The position numbers and the translations under genes are program-made. The notes below the pieces were generated by a model that saw nothing but the letters and a program-made list of their open reading frames with translations, ran no database searches and had not been told where the DNA came from. From a virus, in IMG/VR virus record IMGVR_UViG_3300031673_000027: DNA of 64,000 bases; one strand, written 5' to 3'. Positions within the stretch are counted from its first letter, which is position 1. Each line of letters starts with the position of its first letter. This document shows positions 26,418 through 35,089 of the stretch, in pieces.

Positions 26418-26435
26418 GCGCCCCAAACGCGACCC
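26418..26435. repeat. 18-bp direct repeat GCGCCCCAAACGCGACCC (copy 2)
   Basis: Perfect match to 26225-26242. Confidence 0.6.
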
Positions 26436-26668
26436 GCATGTCACGACCTTCGAAGAGGCGGTTGCTCTCAAGAATAATTTGCCACCATCACCATTACATT
26501 TTCCATGTCTGTTGGTACATTCATCAAATAGGAGGGCTGGACTACCCAGATAGGAGCCTAGAATGAAAAGTTTTCGCAGTGATCGTTCGGGTCCAGCCAC
26601 GATTCTACTTTCAGCGACCAGAATCAAAACTATGCGGCGCCTGACGGCATTATTGGCCGAGGACGAGA

Positions 26669-27037
26669 CTACCTACCTCGTTGCTTTGACGCGGGCCGTT
26701 GAGCGGCGGCATAGAATTCGGCGAGCTTTGCACTTTCCGGCAAGTGCGCCAGCAGATTTCCCACAATGACTTCATCGACTAACGCCAACAGGTCGGCGGT
26801 GGCCTGGTCCTGCAAGTCGAAGTCCGCGTCGATACTGCTGAAATAGAGTTGATTCTGCTTTTCTTCCGGCAACGCCAGCCAGAGATAGGCCAGTTTTCGG
26901 GCTATCGTCTGGTTCAACATGCCGCGGTCGCGGCACGGCTCTAAGCGTTCCTGAACATCCCTGGGGACCGGACCCCCGAAGTAGTATTCGTTTTTGGGCT
27001 GGCCCGGCTTTTTTTCTTTTTCAGCCATAAAATTCAT
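26669..27037 (-). CDS. hypothetical protein, divergent from the early operon
   Basis: About 122-aa ORF with RBS GGAAGGTGAAAGGG. It sits where a lysogeny regulator would be expected, but no HTH was recognised. Confidence 0.5.
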   Translation of the reverse strand: MNFMAEKEKKPGQPKNEYYFGGPVPRDVQERLEPCRDRGMLNQTIARKLAYLWLALPEEKQNQLYFSSIDADFDLQDQATADLLALVDEVIVGNLLAHLPESAKLAEFYAAAQRPASKQRGR

Positions 27038-27110
27038 CTTACATAACCCTTTCACCTTCCGCCACTTATGATAGTCCCAAAAAATTCTCTGAAAATTTCA
27101 TAAAATCCCC

Positions 27111-27139
27111 TTGACACAATGGCCGATACACTTTATGAT
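27111..27139 (+). promoter_or_regulatory. sigma70-type early promoter (TTGACA-17 nt-TATGAT)
   Basis: Consensus -35 with an exact 17-nt spacer. It lies 40 nt upstream of the RHH gene start. Confidence 0.6.
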
Positions 27140-27179
27140 GCGGTCATAAAACTTTATAATTTCACTATAGGAGGCCATC

Positions 27180-27392
27180 ATGGCCAAGAAACGACCCAAA
27201 AGACCAAAGTTGCAATTGCTGCAAACCACGCTGAAACCCGATCTTCTGCAACGGCTGTATGCGAGCCCCGAGTACCAGCTCCATGGGAATTTTAGTGCGG
27301 CCCTCCGTGCCATTCTCGACAAGTATCTACCACCCAGACAGAGAAGTCAAGAAGAAAATGCGGCAGAGAGCCTACATTCAGTTGCCGGCTGA
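27180..27392 (+). CDS. ribbon-helix-helix (Arc/CopG-like) DNA-binding protein
   Basis: Basic N-terminal strand then two helices (LQTTLKPDLLQRLY...NFSAALRAILDKYL). RBS AGGAGG. Confidence 0.55.
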   Translation: MAKKRPKRPKLQLLQTTLKPDLLQRLYASPEYQLHGNFSAALRAILDKYLPPRQRSQEENAAESLHSVAG

Positions 27393-27579
27393 GATGAACC
27401 CCGGGGGCCTGATTACGGTCAGCAAAGCCGCCCAGGTCACAGGGATTCCGAAAACCACCATTTACGGCTGGCGGCGGCAGCCCGGCAACGGCATCCGGTT
27501 CTACAGGCTCGGGCACAAACTGTTTCTCAAATGTGACGAATTGCTGGGGTGGATCAATGCAAATTTGGAAACGGCGTGA
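27358..27579 (+). CDS. xis: excisionase-family / MerR-like HTH DNA-binding protein
   Basis: LITVSKAAQVTGIPKTTIYGWRR...FYRLGHKLFLKCDELLGWI matches the excisionase-type winged helix pattern. Confidence 0.65.
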   Translation: MRQRAYIQLPAEMNPGGLITVSKAAQVTGIPKTTIYGWRRQPGNGIRFYRLGHKLFLKCDELLGWINANLETA

Positions 27580-27600
27580 GAGGCAGCCGATACCATTGCT

Positions 27601-27672
27601 CGCGGGTTACAATTCTGGTGAATTGGGCGGTCTCATAAGCCGATTAGGTCGGTTCGATCCCGGCACCCGCCA
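27601..27672 (+). tRNA. tRNA-Met-like (anticodon CAU), non-canonical C1:C72
   Basis: The manual cloverleaf has these parts:
- Acceptor 5' strand: CGCGGGT.
- D-arm: CAAT/ATTG with loop TCTGGTGA.
- Anticodon loop: CTCATAA.
- T-arm: GTCGG-TTCGATC-CCGGC.
- Acceptor 3' strand: ACCCGCC, followed by discriminator A.
Position 14 is T rather than A. No CCA is encoded. Confidence 0.6.
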
Positions 27673-27759
27673 TATCATCAGCTTTTCATCACCTCCTCCG
27701 CAGTGGGGTCATGGATGACCAAAAGTCTGTGGCCCCACATATTTGAAAGGAAAACGAGA

Positions 27760-27969
27760 ATGGATAAATCAATGTACCAATGGGGATATATTTTAGAGGC
27801 AACTGAAAAGGCGTACGCGCAGTTCGGCATACTCATCGGTAGTCCTGCGATTTGTCTGGGCACAGTTGGGCCAGAGACAGTACGTGTCTTGCGTAAAGAA
27901 CAACGAACGCCTCTGACCTACCACTATACATTCTGGTCGTCAACGAATCGGAAAATTCGGCTTCTTTGA
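27760..27969 (+). CDS. hypothetical protein
   Basis: ATG follows AAGGAAA. 69 aa. Confidence 0.4.
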   Translation: MDKSMYQWGYILEATEKAYAQFGILIGSPAICLGTVGPETVRVLRKEQRTPLTYHYTFWSSTNRKIRLL

Positions 27970-27995
27970 CAACCTCATTACGAAAGGGACAGAAC

Positions 27996-28259
27996 ATGAT
28001 TATTCACAAATGCGACAAATGTGGAAAGTTGGCAGAACAGAAGGCAGGTCAATCCTCGAATGTGCCCACAGGTTGGGTTCCTCTCACTGTGAACGCAGAC
28101 GCCTATTCTAGCGCACACTTGTATTACGAAATCTGTCGTGAGTGCGCAGATGCTCTGAAAATCCCACAAGAATACCGAGATCGCGTACCTGACATTGGTG
28201 CGCGTCTCATCGAGATTCTCTCTGAGGTCGTGGCCGAGCAAATACCGCAACAATCTTGA
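27996..28259 (+). CDS. zinc-ribbon protein
   Basis: CDKCGK...CRECAD. RBS GAAAGGGA. Confidence 0.55.
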   Translation: MIIHKCDKCGKLAEQKAGQSSNVPTGWVPLTVNADAYSSAHLYYEICRECADALKIPQEYRDRVPDIGARLIEILSEVVAEQIPQQS

Positions 28260-28401
28260 TGTTCAGTCCCGGCCCTTGCGCCTCGGCATGGGGGTCTGGG
28301 CTTTTGAAAAGTAAATAGCCGGGCACGTGACACGGACGAACAGCCGCCTCGAACAGGCTGGCGGGGATGGAGCCCCACGCCCGGCTTTTGAAAGGACGAA
28401 A

Positions 28402-28563
28402 ATGAACCTTACCCAACGAGAAAAAGACTTAATAACTACGGCTTTGTATCTCTTAGAAATCGCGTGTGTCTCAACGGACTTGGATTATGAATTAGCAGAC
28501 GATCTCGGTGGAATACCAGAGCAGCAAGAAGTCAGAGAATTGATGGACAAATTGGAACAATGA
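28402..28563 (+). CDS. hypothetical small acidic protein
   Basis: GAAAGGA RBS. 53 aa. Confidence 0.5.
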   Translation: MNLTQREKDLITTALYLLEIACVSTDLDYELADDLGGIPEQQEVRELMDKLEQ

Positions 28564-28604
28564 GCACGGAGCCCCAGCCCGGCCTTTAGAAAAGGAGAAA
28601 CGAT

Positions 28605-28790
28605 ATGGCAATGAGAGACCTTGAACGAGCGATCCTTCAGGAAGCAAGAACGGTAACGGGTAATAAGAAACTTCGGATGAAAGACATCCTGGAATGGAGT
28701 ACCAGTACGGTCAAGATTGCAGAAGATGAGACAGTCTATAATCTCCCTGAACTCAACGTGAACATAGCGATATTGTCAGCAAAGAAATAG
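28605..28790 (+). CDS. hypothetical protein
   Basis: AAAGGAGAAACGAT-ATG RBS. Confidence 0.55.
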   Translation: MAMRDLERAILQEARTVTGNKKLRMKDILEWSTSTVKIAEDETVYNLPELNVNIAILSAKK

Positions 28791-28816
28791 ACCGGGCCAT
28801 AGAAAGGAGAAACGAA

Positions 28817-29053
28817 ATGGAGCACAACCACAAAGTCGGCGACACACCCTTCTATTCCGATTGCCCGGCCTGTCGCCTGGAACAAGCCGCCCCGGCCCTG
28901 CTCGACGACTGCAAGGCGGTCCGACAATGTTTAGAACTAATCGACAATGGCGATGGTCGAATCACAAGCGGCTGTGTTTATCAAAAACTGGTCGCCGATA
29001 TCGACCTGGCCGAGGCGAAGAAGCTGGGAGTAAACCCATGGGGGACATTATGA
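28817..29053 (+). CDS. hypothetical protein
   Basis: GAAAGGAGAAACGAA-ATG RBS. Confidence 0.55.
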   Translation: MEHNHKVGDTPFYSDCPACRLEQAAPALLDDCKAVRQCLELIDNGDGRITSGCVYQKLVADIDLAEAKKLGVNPWGTL

Positions 29054-29139
29054 AACTACTAAAGACAATTTTGGTGATGCTGGCGGCTTTCTTCATGCCA
29101 CTGGCGTTCGACGGCGACGGAAGGGAGATTGAACCATGA
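29050..29139 (+). CDS. small membrane peptide (29 aa)
   Basis: ATGA overlaps at both ends. Hydrophobic core LKTILVMLAAFFMPLAF. Confidence 0.35.
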   Translation: MKLLKTILVMLAAFFMPLAFDGDGREIEP

Positions 29140-29456
29140 ACAGCGAACTGAATCATCATACATGTGACACGTGCGTTCACGAAGGCGACTCGGGTAGTGA
29201 GTATTGTGGTTCATGTGATCTCATAGATAACTGGTCCGAATCCGCTTCCGCGATCGAGGAACGCATCGGCAAGAGACAAAGAGAGTTGGAAGCCCTCTGC
29301 CGCCAACTGGTCAATCGGGCAGAGTATCTCGCTGGCATAGCCGAAAGTATCGGTGTATCCGATACCCAGACTATGCGCGATAAATTAGCAAGGGCGATTG
29401 GAGGAGTTAACGCCGCCATCGCTCTGGCCAAGAAAGGGCTGGGAGTAAACCCATGA
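29136..29456 (+). CDS. hypothetical protein (N-terminal Cys cluster)
   Basis: Translationally coupled ORF of 106 aa. Confidence 0.55.
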   Translation: MNSELNHHTCDTCVHEGDSGSEYCGSCDLIDNWSESASAIEERIGKRQRELEALCRQLVNRAEYLAGIAESIGVSDTQTMRDKLARAIGGVNAAIALAKKGLGVNP

Positions 29457-29501
29457 CCGAACCATATCTGCAAGTAAAGATTGCGAGGAGCAGGTGATGC
29501 C

Positions 29502-29831
29502 ATGACTGAAATGGGCGACGCATTCCGAGAACACCGCGAATACGTTAGACGGCAGAAAGACCGCAGGCGTCAAATCTCCACCGACACGTTTGAGGAAGCC
29601 TCGGACTTGGCCTTCGAGAACGATATGGAACTGACTGAGAAGGTCGCGCAGACGCACTATCAACTGACCGTCTATCAAAGTCACGAACCCTTGCGCTTCT
29701 GGCTCTACAATCTCTACCCGATCACGCGGCGCATTTACAGCGATCCTCACCATAAGGGACCGTTTCTGAAAGTCCGAAGATGGACGTTCGTTGACATTGT
29801 TAAGGCGGCGATAGAGGCGAAGAAACCATGA
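29502..29831 (+). CDS. hypothetical protein
   Basis: GAGGAG RBS before the ATG at 29502. Confidence 0.5.
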   Translation: MTEMGDAFREHREYVRRQKDRRRQISTDTFEEASDLAFENDMELTEKVAQTHYQLTVYQSHEPLRFWLYNLYPITRRIYSDPHHKGPFLKVRRWTFVDIVKAAIEAKKP

Positions 29832-29896
29832 AACGAGAACTCAAGGAACTGTTGATCGGGCTGCTTAGCGTCACGGTGTGGCTCTGGACGGTCTGA
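29828..29896 (+). CDS. small membrane peptide (22 aa)
   Basis: ATGA overlap with the upstream gene. Fills the gap before the strong RBS at 29897. Confidence 0.3.
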   Translation: MKRELKELLIGLLSVTVWLWTV

Positions 29897-29910
29897 GAAA
29901 GGAGAACACT

Positions 29911-31854
29911 ATGGACACACTAACATTACTCAATCTGACGTTGGAAAACTTCAAGGGACTCCGGCGCTTTGAAGTCTCATTGGATGGGCAGAACGCCCGG
30001 ATTCACGCCGAGAACGGAATCGGAAAGACAACGCTCTATGATGGCTGGCTCTGGCCGTTATTTGGTAAAGACTCTACTTGGCGCAAGGACTTCGAGGTCA
30101 GGCCGCTCGATGAGCACAACCATGCGATCAAGGGCCTGGTCGTTATGTCCGAAGCGACGATTGCCGCCAACGGTCAGACGCACACGCTCCGCAAAGAGCA
30201 GCACGAGAAGGTCGTCAAAGACCAGTTCAAGGGCTACGAGACGCTATGCTGGGTCAATGAGGTCCCCATGACGGTCGGCAAATACCAAGCATTCATCGAC
30301 TCGCTGATTCCCGAGGAGACGTTCAAGATGCTGGCCGACCTGTCGTACTTCAACTCCAAGCTCCACCACACCGAACGGCGAAGGACGCTGCTGACCTTCG
30401 CCGGCACGGTGGCCAAGCCCCAGGGCTTCGAGAGCCTGCTGGTTTCGGTCAATGGCCGGTCCTACAATGACTACGGGAAGGTTCTGCACGATCGGAAGGT
30501 GCGGCATACCAAAGAGCGGGACGAAATCAACCCGCGCATCGACGAGATCCGCCGTGCCATGAACGGCTACGCCGAGCAGGAGACCTCAAAACTCCAAGTT
30601 AAACGCCAGAATATCACGCAAACATTTCAGAGTCTCAATAGTGACCGAAACATTCTTCTTGGTCAAGAAAAAGACCGGCAGGCGAGAATGGAGGCCGAGA
30701 ACCACCTGACTGTTCAGCGCCTTCACCGCGAGAGCATCGTAAGGGCCGAGCAGGACCCGACGCAGCCCCTCCGTGACGAGAAGGCCAGAATCAATGATGA
30801 GCTTGCCGCCAAAGAAGAGGGGATTAACGCCCTGCATCGGCAGATTAAGTCGATAGAGGCCAGTATCGAAACGGCTCAGCATGAGTTGAATCAGGTTCAG
30901 CAGAACCTTGAACGGACTCGGGGCGAAATTGACGCCATCGATAAGGTCAACATCGCCTCGGTCTGCTACGCCTGCGGCCAGAAGCTCCCGAAGGCCAAGC
31001 TCGAAGACAACAAAGCCGAACAACAGGCTAAACACGACCAACTCGAAGAGGCTGCTAACAGGTTGAAAGAGACTGTCGAACACCGCTCTGCCGAGATTGA
31101 CGGTTTCCAATTACAAAAACGGCAACTCTCGACCAAAGCCGCCGAACTGTACAAGCAATTCCAGGCCGCGTGCGATGCCGGCAGGAAGCGTGTCGCCGAA
31201 ATTGACGCAGCGATTCTGAATCGGCCCGAGCCGGATATGACGCAGGATGCCGAGTGGTGCAAACTGACCGAGCAGATCGAGAAGGCTAAAGCCGAAATCG
31301 GCGCCCCCGTCACCGAACAACTGGATGCTATCGAGAGCCGGAAGAATGAAGCCCAGCGAGAACTCGATAAGGTCAATACAGCTCTCGCCCAAGCCGACCG
31401 CGCCAAGGCCGACAAGACCCGTATTGCCGAGTTGGAGGCCAAAGAAAAAGACCTTGCACAGAAGATCGCCGACATTGACCGGGAGTTGGCCGAGATCGAC
31501 CAGTACAAGGCCGCCGAGAGCCGCCTGATCGAAGAGGCCGTCAACAGCAGGTTCACGCACGTGCAGTTCAAGCTGTTCAACTACAACCTCAACGGCAGTA
31601 TCGAGGATACGTGCGAGGCGATGCTCAACGGCGTGCCCTATATGGATATGTCAACGGGCCAGCAGATCCTCGCGGGCGTCGATGTCATCAATGCCCTGTC
31701 GGAGCATTACGGTATCAGCGTACCTTTATGGATTGACCACGCCGAATCGCTGACCCTGCCGTTAGAGGCCCGGTCACAGGTGATCGAATTGTACGCCGAG
31801 AAGGGCATGAGCGAATTGACAATCGAAGTCGCAGAGAAGGTGGTAGCAGCATGA
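29911..31854 (+). CDS. SbcC/Rad50-like SMC-type ATPase
   Basis: Walker A (AENGIGKTT), a long coiled coil with a central CxxC (VCYACGQKL, hook-like), and C-terminal signature/Walker B-like sequence (STGQQILAG...LWIDHAESL). Confidence 0.7.
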   Translation: MDTLTLLNLTLENFKGLRRFEVSLDGQNARIHAENGIGKTTLYDGWLWPLFGKDSTWRKDFEVRPLDEHNHAIKGLVVMSEATIAANGQTHTLRKEQHEKVVKDQFKGYETLCWVNEVPMTVGKYQAFIDSLIPEETFKMLADLSYFNSKLHHTERRRTLLTFAGTVAKPQGFESLLVSVNGRSYNDYGKVLHDRKVRHTKERDEINPRIDEIRRAMNGYAEQETSKLQVKRQNITQTFQSLNSDRNILLGQEKDRQARMEAENHLTVQRLHRESIVRAEQDPTQPLRDEKARINDELAAKEEGINALHRQIKSIEASIETAQHELNQVQQNLERTRGEIDAIDKVNIASVCYACGQKLPKAKLEDNKAEQQAKHDQLEEAANRLKETVEHRSAEIDGFQLQKRQLSTKAAELYKQFQAACDAGRKRVAEIDAAILNRPEPDMTQDAEWCKLTEQIEKAKAEIGAPVTEQLDAIESRKNEAQRELDKVNTALAQADRAKADKTRIAELEAKEKDLAQKIADIDRELAEIDQYKAAESRLIEEAVNSRFTHVQFKLFNYNLNGSIEDTCEAMLNGVPYMDMSTGQQILAGVDVINALSEHYGISVPLWIDHAESLTLPLEARSQVIELYAEKGMSELTIEVAEKVVAA

Positions 31855-32126
31855 AAGCAACGCGGGCCACGCTGAAGAAAAGACGCGACCGATTGAATTC
31901 GTTGTTAGATGATATTCTGCAATTGCATCTGAAAACCAGTCAGATGTGCAGAAATGCACCGCAATATAGTGCTGAATTCAAAAAATACGATTTCGAGAAG
32001 AACTTTGAGTACAAGACTACCCTTGAAATTCTCAAGGCGGCAAGTTGGGTTTTTTGGCTGCTCGCAAGAGCAAGAATAAAAGAATACGAAAGGAAGGAAA
32101 ACCATGACACAGACAGAGACAGGTGA
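31851..32126 (+). CDS. hypothetical protein
   Basis: ATGA-coupled ORF of 91 aa. Confidence 0.45.
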   Translation: MKATRATLKKRRDRLNSLLDDILQLHLKTSQMCRNAPQYSAEFKKYDFEKNFEYKTTLEILKAASWVFWLLARARIKEYERKENHDTDRDR

Positions 32127-33189
32127 AATTCAGAAACGACCGGCAGGACCGTTGGGAATTATGAAGGGTTATTTGTCCGACGAGTCGATCAAAAAGCGAT
32201 TCGAGGACGTATTGGGCAAGCGGTCCGGGGCGTTCATCAATTCCATTATCAACGTCGTCGGCAGCAGCAAACAACTACTGGAGGTTGCCCGACAGAATCC
32301 AGGCAGCGTCTGCCGGGCGGCGATGCGTGCAGCGACCGTGAATTTAGCCATTGACCCGGCCCTGGGCCATGCGGCGATTGTCCCCTATGGCCAGGAAGCG
32401 GTCTTTCAAATCATGTATCGCGGGGTCATTCAACTGTGCATACGCTCGGGCCAGTATCAAACCATCCATTGCTCGGAAATCTACCGCGACGAACTCAAGA
32501 GCCACAACCCGATCACCGGTGTTGTGACGTTCAATGACCCGGACACGTTCAAACTACGGTACAGCGACAAGCGCACGGACGGAGATGTCGTCGGACACTA
32601 CGTGTATTTCAAACTGATTACCGGGTTTGAGAAATCCGACTACATGACTCATGCCGAAGTCATGGCCCACGCCCGGCGGTACAGCAAAGCCTATCAGTAC
32701 GACGTGAGTGCGGGCAAGAAAGCCTCACCGTGGTCCACGGACCCGATCCCGATGGGCAACAAGACCGTGCTGCTGCGATGCCTGAAGCGCTATGGCGTCA
32801 TGTCGATTGAAATGCAGGAGATGATCACCGCCGACCGCGATACGTTTGACGAGGCTTCGACGGACGCCTCCGCGTTCATCGCCGCCGACCTGGGCAGCGA
32901 CCCGGTCGATGCTAACTTCGAGAACGGTAAATCTCTGCCGCCAGCAGCGGAAGATAAGAAGCGAACCAGAGGCAAAGGCAAGAAGACGACTACCACTGAG
33001 TCGCCAACGACTGAAATCCCCAAGTTCAAGTATCTCTGTCGAAACGCCGGGTGCGGACTGACATTCAATGATCCGGCGATGACGGGGCCGAATAACAGCG
33101 TAGCGAAATGCCCAGGCTGTGGCACGCTCCAAATCTGCCTGAATCCAGAGGCTAACGGCGACCAGAACGAGGCCGGGGACTACCGATGA
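32104..33189 (+). CDS. recT: RecT-family single-strand annealing protein with a C-terminal zinc ribbon
   Basis: RecT core pattern (SVCRAAMRAATVNLAIDPALGHAAIVPYG...IMYRGVIQLCIRSGQY). C-terminal CRNAGCG...CPGCG. Confidence 0.8.
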   Translation: MTQTETGEIQKRPAGPLGIMKGYLSDESIKKRFEDVLGKRSGAFINSIINVVGSSKQLLEVARQNPGSVCRAAMRAATVNLAIDPALGHAAIVPYGQEAVFQIMYRGVIQLCIRSGQYQTIHCSEIYRDELKSHNPITGVVTFNDPDTFKLRYSDKRTDGDVVGHYVYFKLITGFEKSDYMTHAEVMAHARRYSKAYQYDVSAGKKASPWSTDPIPMGNKTVLLRCLKRYGVMSIEMQEMITADRDTFDEASTDASAFIAADLGSDPVDANFENGKSLPPAAEDKKRTRGKGKKTTTTESPTTEIPKFKYLCRNAGCGLTFNDPAMTGPNNSVAKCPGCGTLQICLNPEANGDQNEAGDYR

Positions 33190-33905
33190 CGTTTGAGACC
33201 TTCTACTCATCGAGCTCGGGCAACTTTTACACCGTCACCGCGGCCAACGGGAGGCGGTTGCTCATTGAGTGCGGCGTGACGTGGAAGAAACTCCAGAAGG
33301 CCCTCAAGTACGATCTGACGGCTATCGACGGTTGCTTGGTCACACACGAACACAAGGACCACAGCCAGGGCGTTGAGAATATCCTAAAGGCTGGGATTGA
33401 TGTCTATGCGAGCGAAGGCACATTCCTGGGGATTGAAGAGTCGCTGCACCTGCATCGACGGACGCACACCATCCGAGACGGGGAACGATTTGCCATCAGC
33501 GAGACGTTCGAGGTATTCCCCTTCGCGGTCCACCACGATGCGAAGGAGCCGTTGGGGTTCATCGTCCACGAAAATGCCGGGGATGAGAACCTTTTTTTCG
33601 TCACCGACACCTCGCACATCACGCAGCGATTCGGTATCGCGTTCGATATCATTGCCATCTCGGCCAGCTACGACAAAGACGTATTGGCCGGACGCGTGGA
33701 GCGACAGGAGATCAACGAGACGCTGGCCGAGCGACTGCTCGTCTCTCATACCGAATGGCGTGTGGCGAAACGGTACGTGAAGGAGTTTTGTAACCTGAGC
33801 CAATGCCGGGAGATCCACCTACTGCATTGTTCGTCCGACAACATGGACAAGAAGATGGTGCGCAAGGACATTGAGGAATCGCTGTTTATCAAGACGTTTT
33901 TGTAA
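33186..33905 (+). CDS. metallo-beta-lactamase-fold nuclease (recombination partner)
   Basis: HEHKDH (HxHxDH) motif. ATGA-coupled to recT. Confidence 0.7.
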   Translation: MTFETFYSSSSGNFYTVTAANGRRLLIECGVTWKKLQKALKYDLTAIDGCLVTHEHKDHSQGVENILKAGIDVYASEGTFLGIEESLHLHRRTHTIRDGERFAISETFEVFPFAVHHDAKEPLGFIVHENAGDENLFFVTDTSHITQRFGIAFDIIAISASYDKDVLAGRVERQEINETLAERLLVSHTEWRVAKRYVKEFCNLSQCREIHLLHCSSDNMDKKMVRKDIEESLFIKTFL

Positions 33906-33913
33906 GGCCGTGA

Positions 33914-33969
33914 CAGGGCCGGGGCTTGATTACTTCGGCAAAAAGGGTCAACCCGGCCCTGATTTTTCT
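33914..33969 (+). terminator. terminator-like hairpin
   Basis: Perfect 10-bp stem, CAGGGCCGGG with CCCGGCCCTG, then ATTTTTCT. Confidence 0.55.
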
Positions 33970-33984
33970 GACACGTGAATACGA

Positions 33985-34046
33985 CCGGCAGCGAAGAAGT
34001 GCGCTGGCCGATACGCGGGGTAGCGACCCGCGCTGCCGGCTTTTTT
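33985..34046 (+). terminator. rho-independent terminator (second of a tandem pair)
   Basis: CCGGCAGCG...CGCTGCCGG followed by CTTTTTT. It has an inner hairpin GCGGG-gtagcga-CCCGC. Confidence 0.6.
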
Positions 34047-34209
34047 GAAAGAAAGGAAAACGCGGACGATGGCCTTGAAAAGTTGAGACTGTTATCTCCA
34101 CATAGCCCCAGCCGGCAAGTGGGCGGAAAACTCCGGCCTTGAGGTTTTCATAACTCCTTAAACCCGGCGCCGCAGCGGGTGATCTGCGGCAACCTTTGAA
34201 AGGAGTCAA

Positions 34210-34686
34210 ATGGCACTAAAAAACTACACCAGTCAGGTATCGGCCAGTCGGTCGATAAGCTGGATTGAGGACAAACTGGCGCGTCATGGGGCCAGGCAAA
34301 TCCTCAAGGAATACACAGCCGACGGCAGGGTGGCGTCGATTGCCTTTATCATTCACAGCAACGGAATCGAATTGCCGTTTCACCTTCCTGCCCGGATTGC
34401 GGCTGCCGAGAAGGTGCTGCGGGCTGAGGTACGCAGACCGCGCAAGGACACCTACAAACACATTACTCAGCAGGCGGAGCGCACGGCGTGGAAGATTCTG
34501 GCGGATTGGGTCGATGCGCAGATGGCAATGGTGGAACTTGCCCAGGTTGACGTTCTGGAAGTCTTTTTGCCCTACCTGTTCGACCGTGCGCACAAGCAGA
34601 CATTCTATGAGAGTTTGCAGGCTCGGGGCTTCCAGAAAGCCCTGCCCGGCTTCTGTAGTGCGACAGAAGAGAAAGGCGGTGACTGA
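34210..34686 (+). CDS. hypothetical protein
   Basis: GAAAGGAG RBS. 158 aa. Confidence 0.6.
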   Translation: MALKNYTSQVSASRSISWIEDKLARHGARQILKEYTADGRVASIAFIIHSNGIELPFHLPARIAAAEKVLRAEVRRPRKDTYKHITQQAERTAWKILADWVDAQMAMVELAQVDVLEVFLPYLFDRAHKQTFYESLQARGFQKALPGFCSATEEKGGD

Positions 34687-34883
34687 TGGCGAAGGCTCAA
34701 TACAAATGCCCTGACTGCGGGGATACTTGTGGTTTTTACACAGTTATTAAAACAACTGACCACCAAATCTATAATTGGGAAGGAGAGGGTGTAGATTCCA
34801 TTGCGATTAGTACCAAGGAAGGGAAAAAGCAAAAATGTGTAAACTGCGGGAAAACCGTCAAAATCTCCCTGAAAATTTCATAG
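34686..34883 (+). CDS. zinc-ribbon protein
   Basis: CPDCGDTCG...CVNCGK. The start sits in the conserved TGATG junction. Confidence 0.55.
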   Translation: MAKAQYKCPDCGDTCGFYTVIKTTDHQIYNWEGEGVDSIAISTKEGKKQKCVNCGKTVKISLKIS

Positions 34884-34892
34884 GTGACTGAT

Positions 34893-35087
34893 ATGGAAAC
34901 ACCATTCAAAAAAGCACACGACGAGTTTTTTCAGAGTGAACAAGGCCAGTTTTTGTGCAAGGCCAACACCCTCAACTCGAAGCCCTTAGAGGCCAATGAC
35001 ATCTACCTCAAGAATCGGCTTGAGAGGACCTTCGCCGCCGGTTGGATCGCTTGCGAAGAAAATACCCAGCGGAAGGACGGTGACTGA
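34893..35087 (+). CDS. hypothetical protein
   Basis: ATG at 34893. Ends in the conserved RKDGD-stop junction. Confidence 0.5.
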   Translation: METPFKKAHDEFFQSEQGQFLCKANTLNSKPLEANDIYLKNRLERTFAAGWIACEENTQRKDGD

Positions 35088-35089
35088 TC

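Noticed and set aside
26310-26627. 105-aa minus-strand ORF in the attP region.
   Set aside because: It runs through the tRNA fragment and an arm-type repeat. It has no RBS and an odd composition. The region is better explained as non-coding attP DNA.
27533-27718. 61-aa ORF from the track.
   Set aside because: It is almost entirely overlapped by the tRNA-Met-like cloverleaf (27601-27672) and has no RBS.
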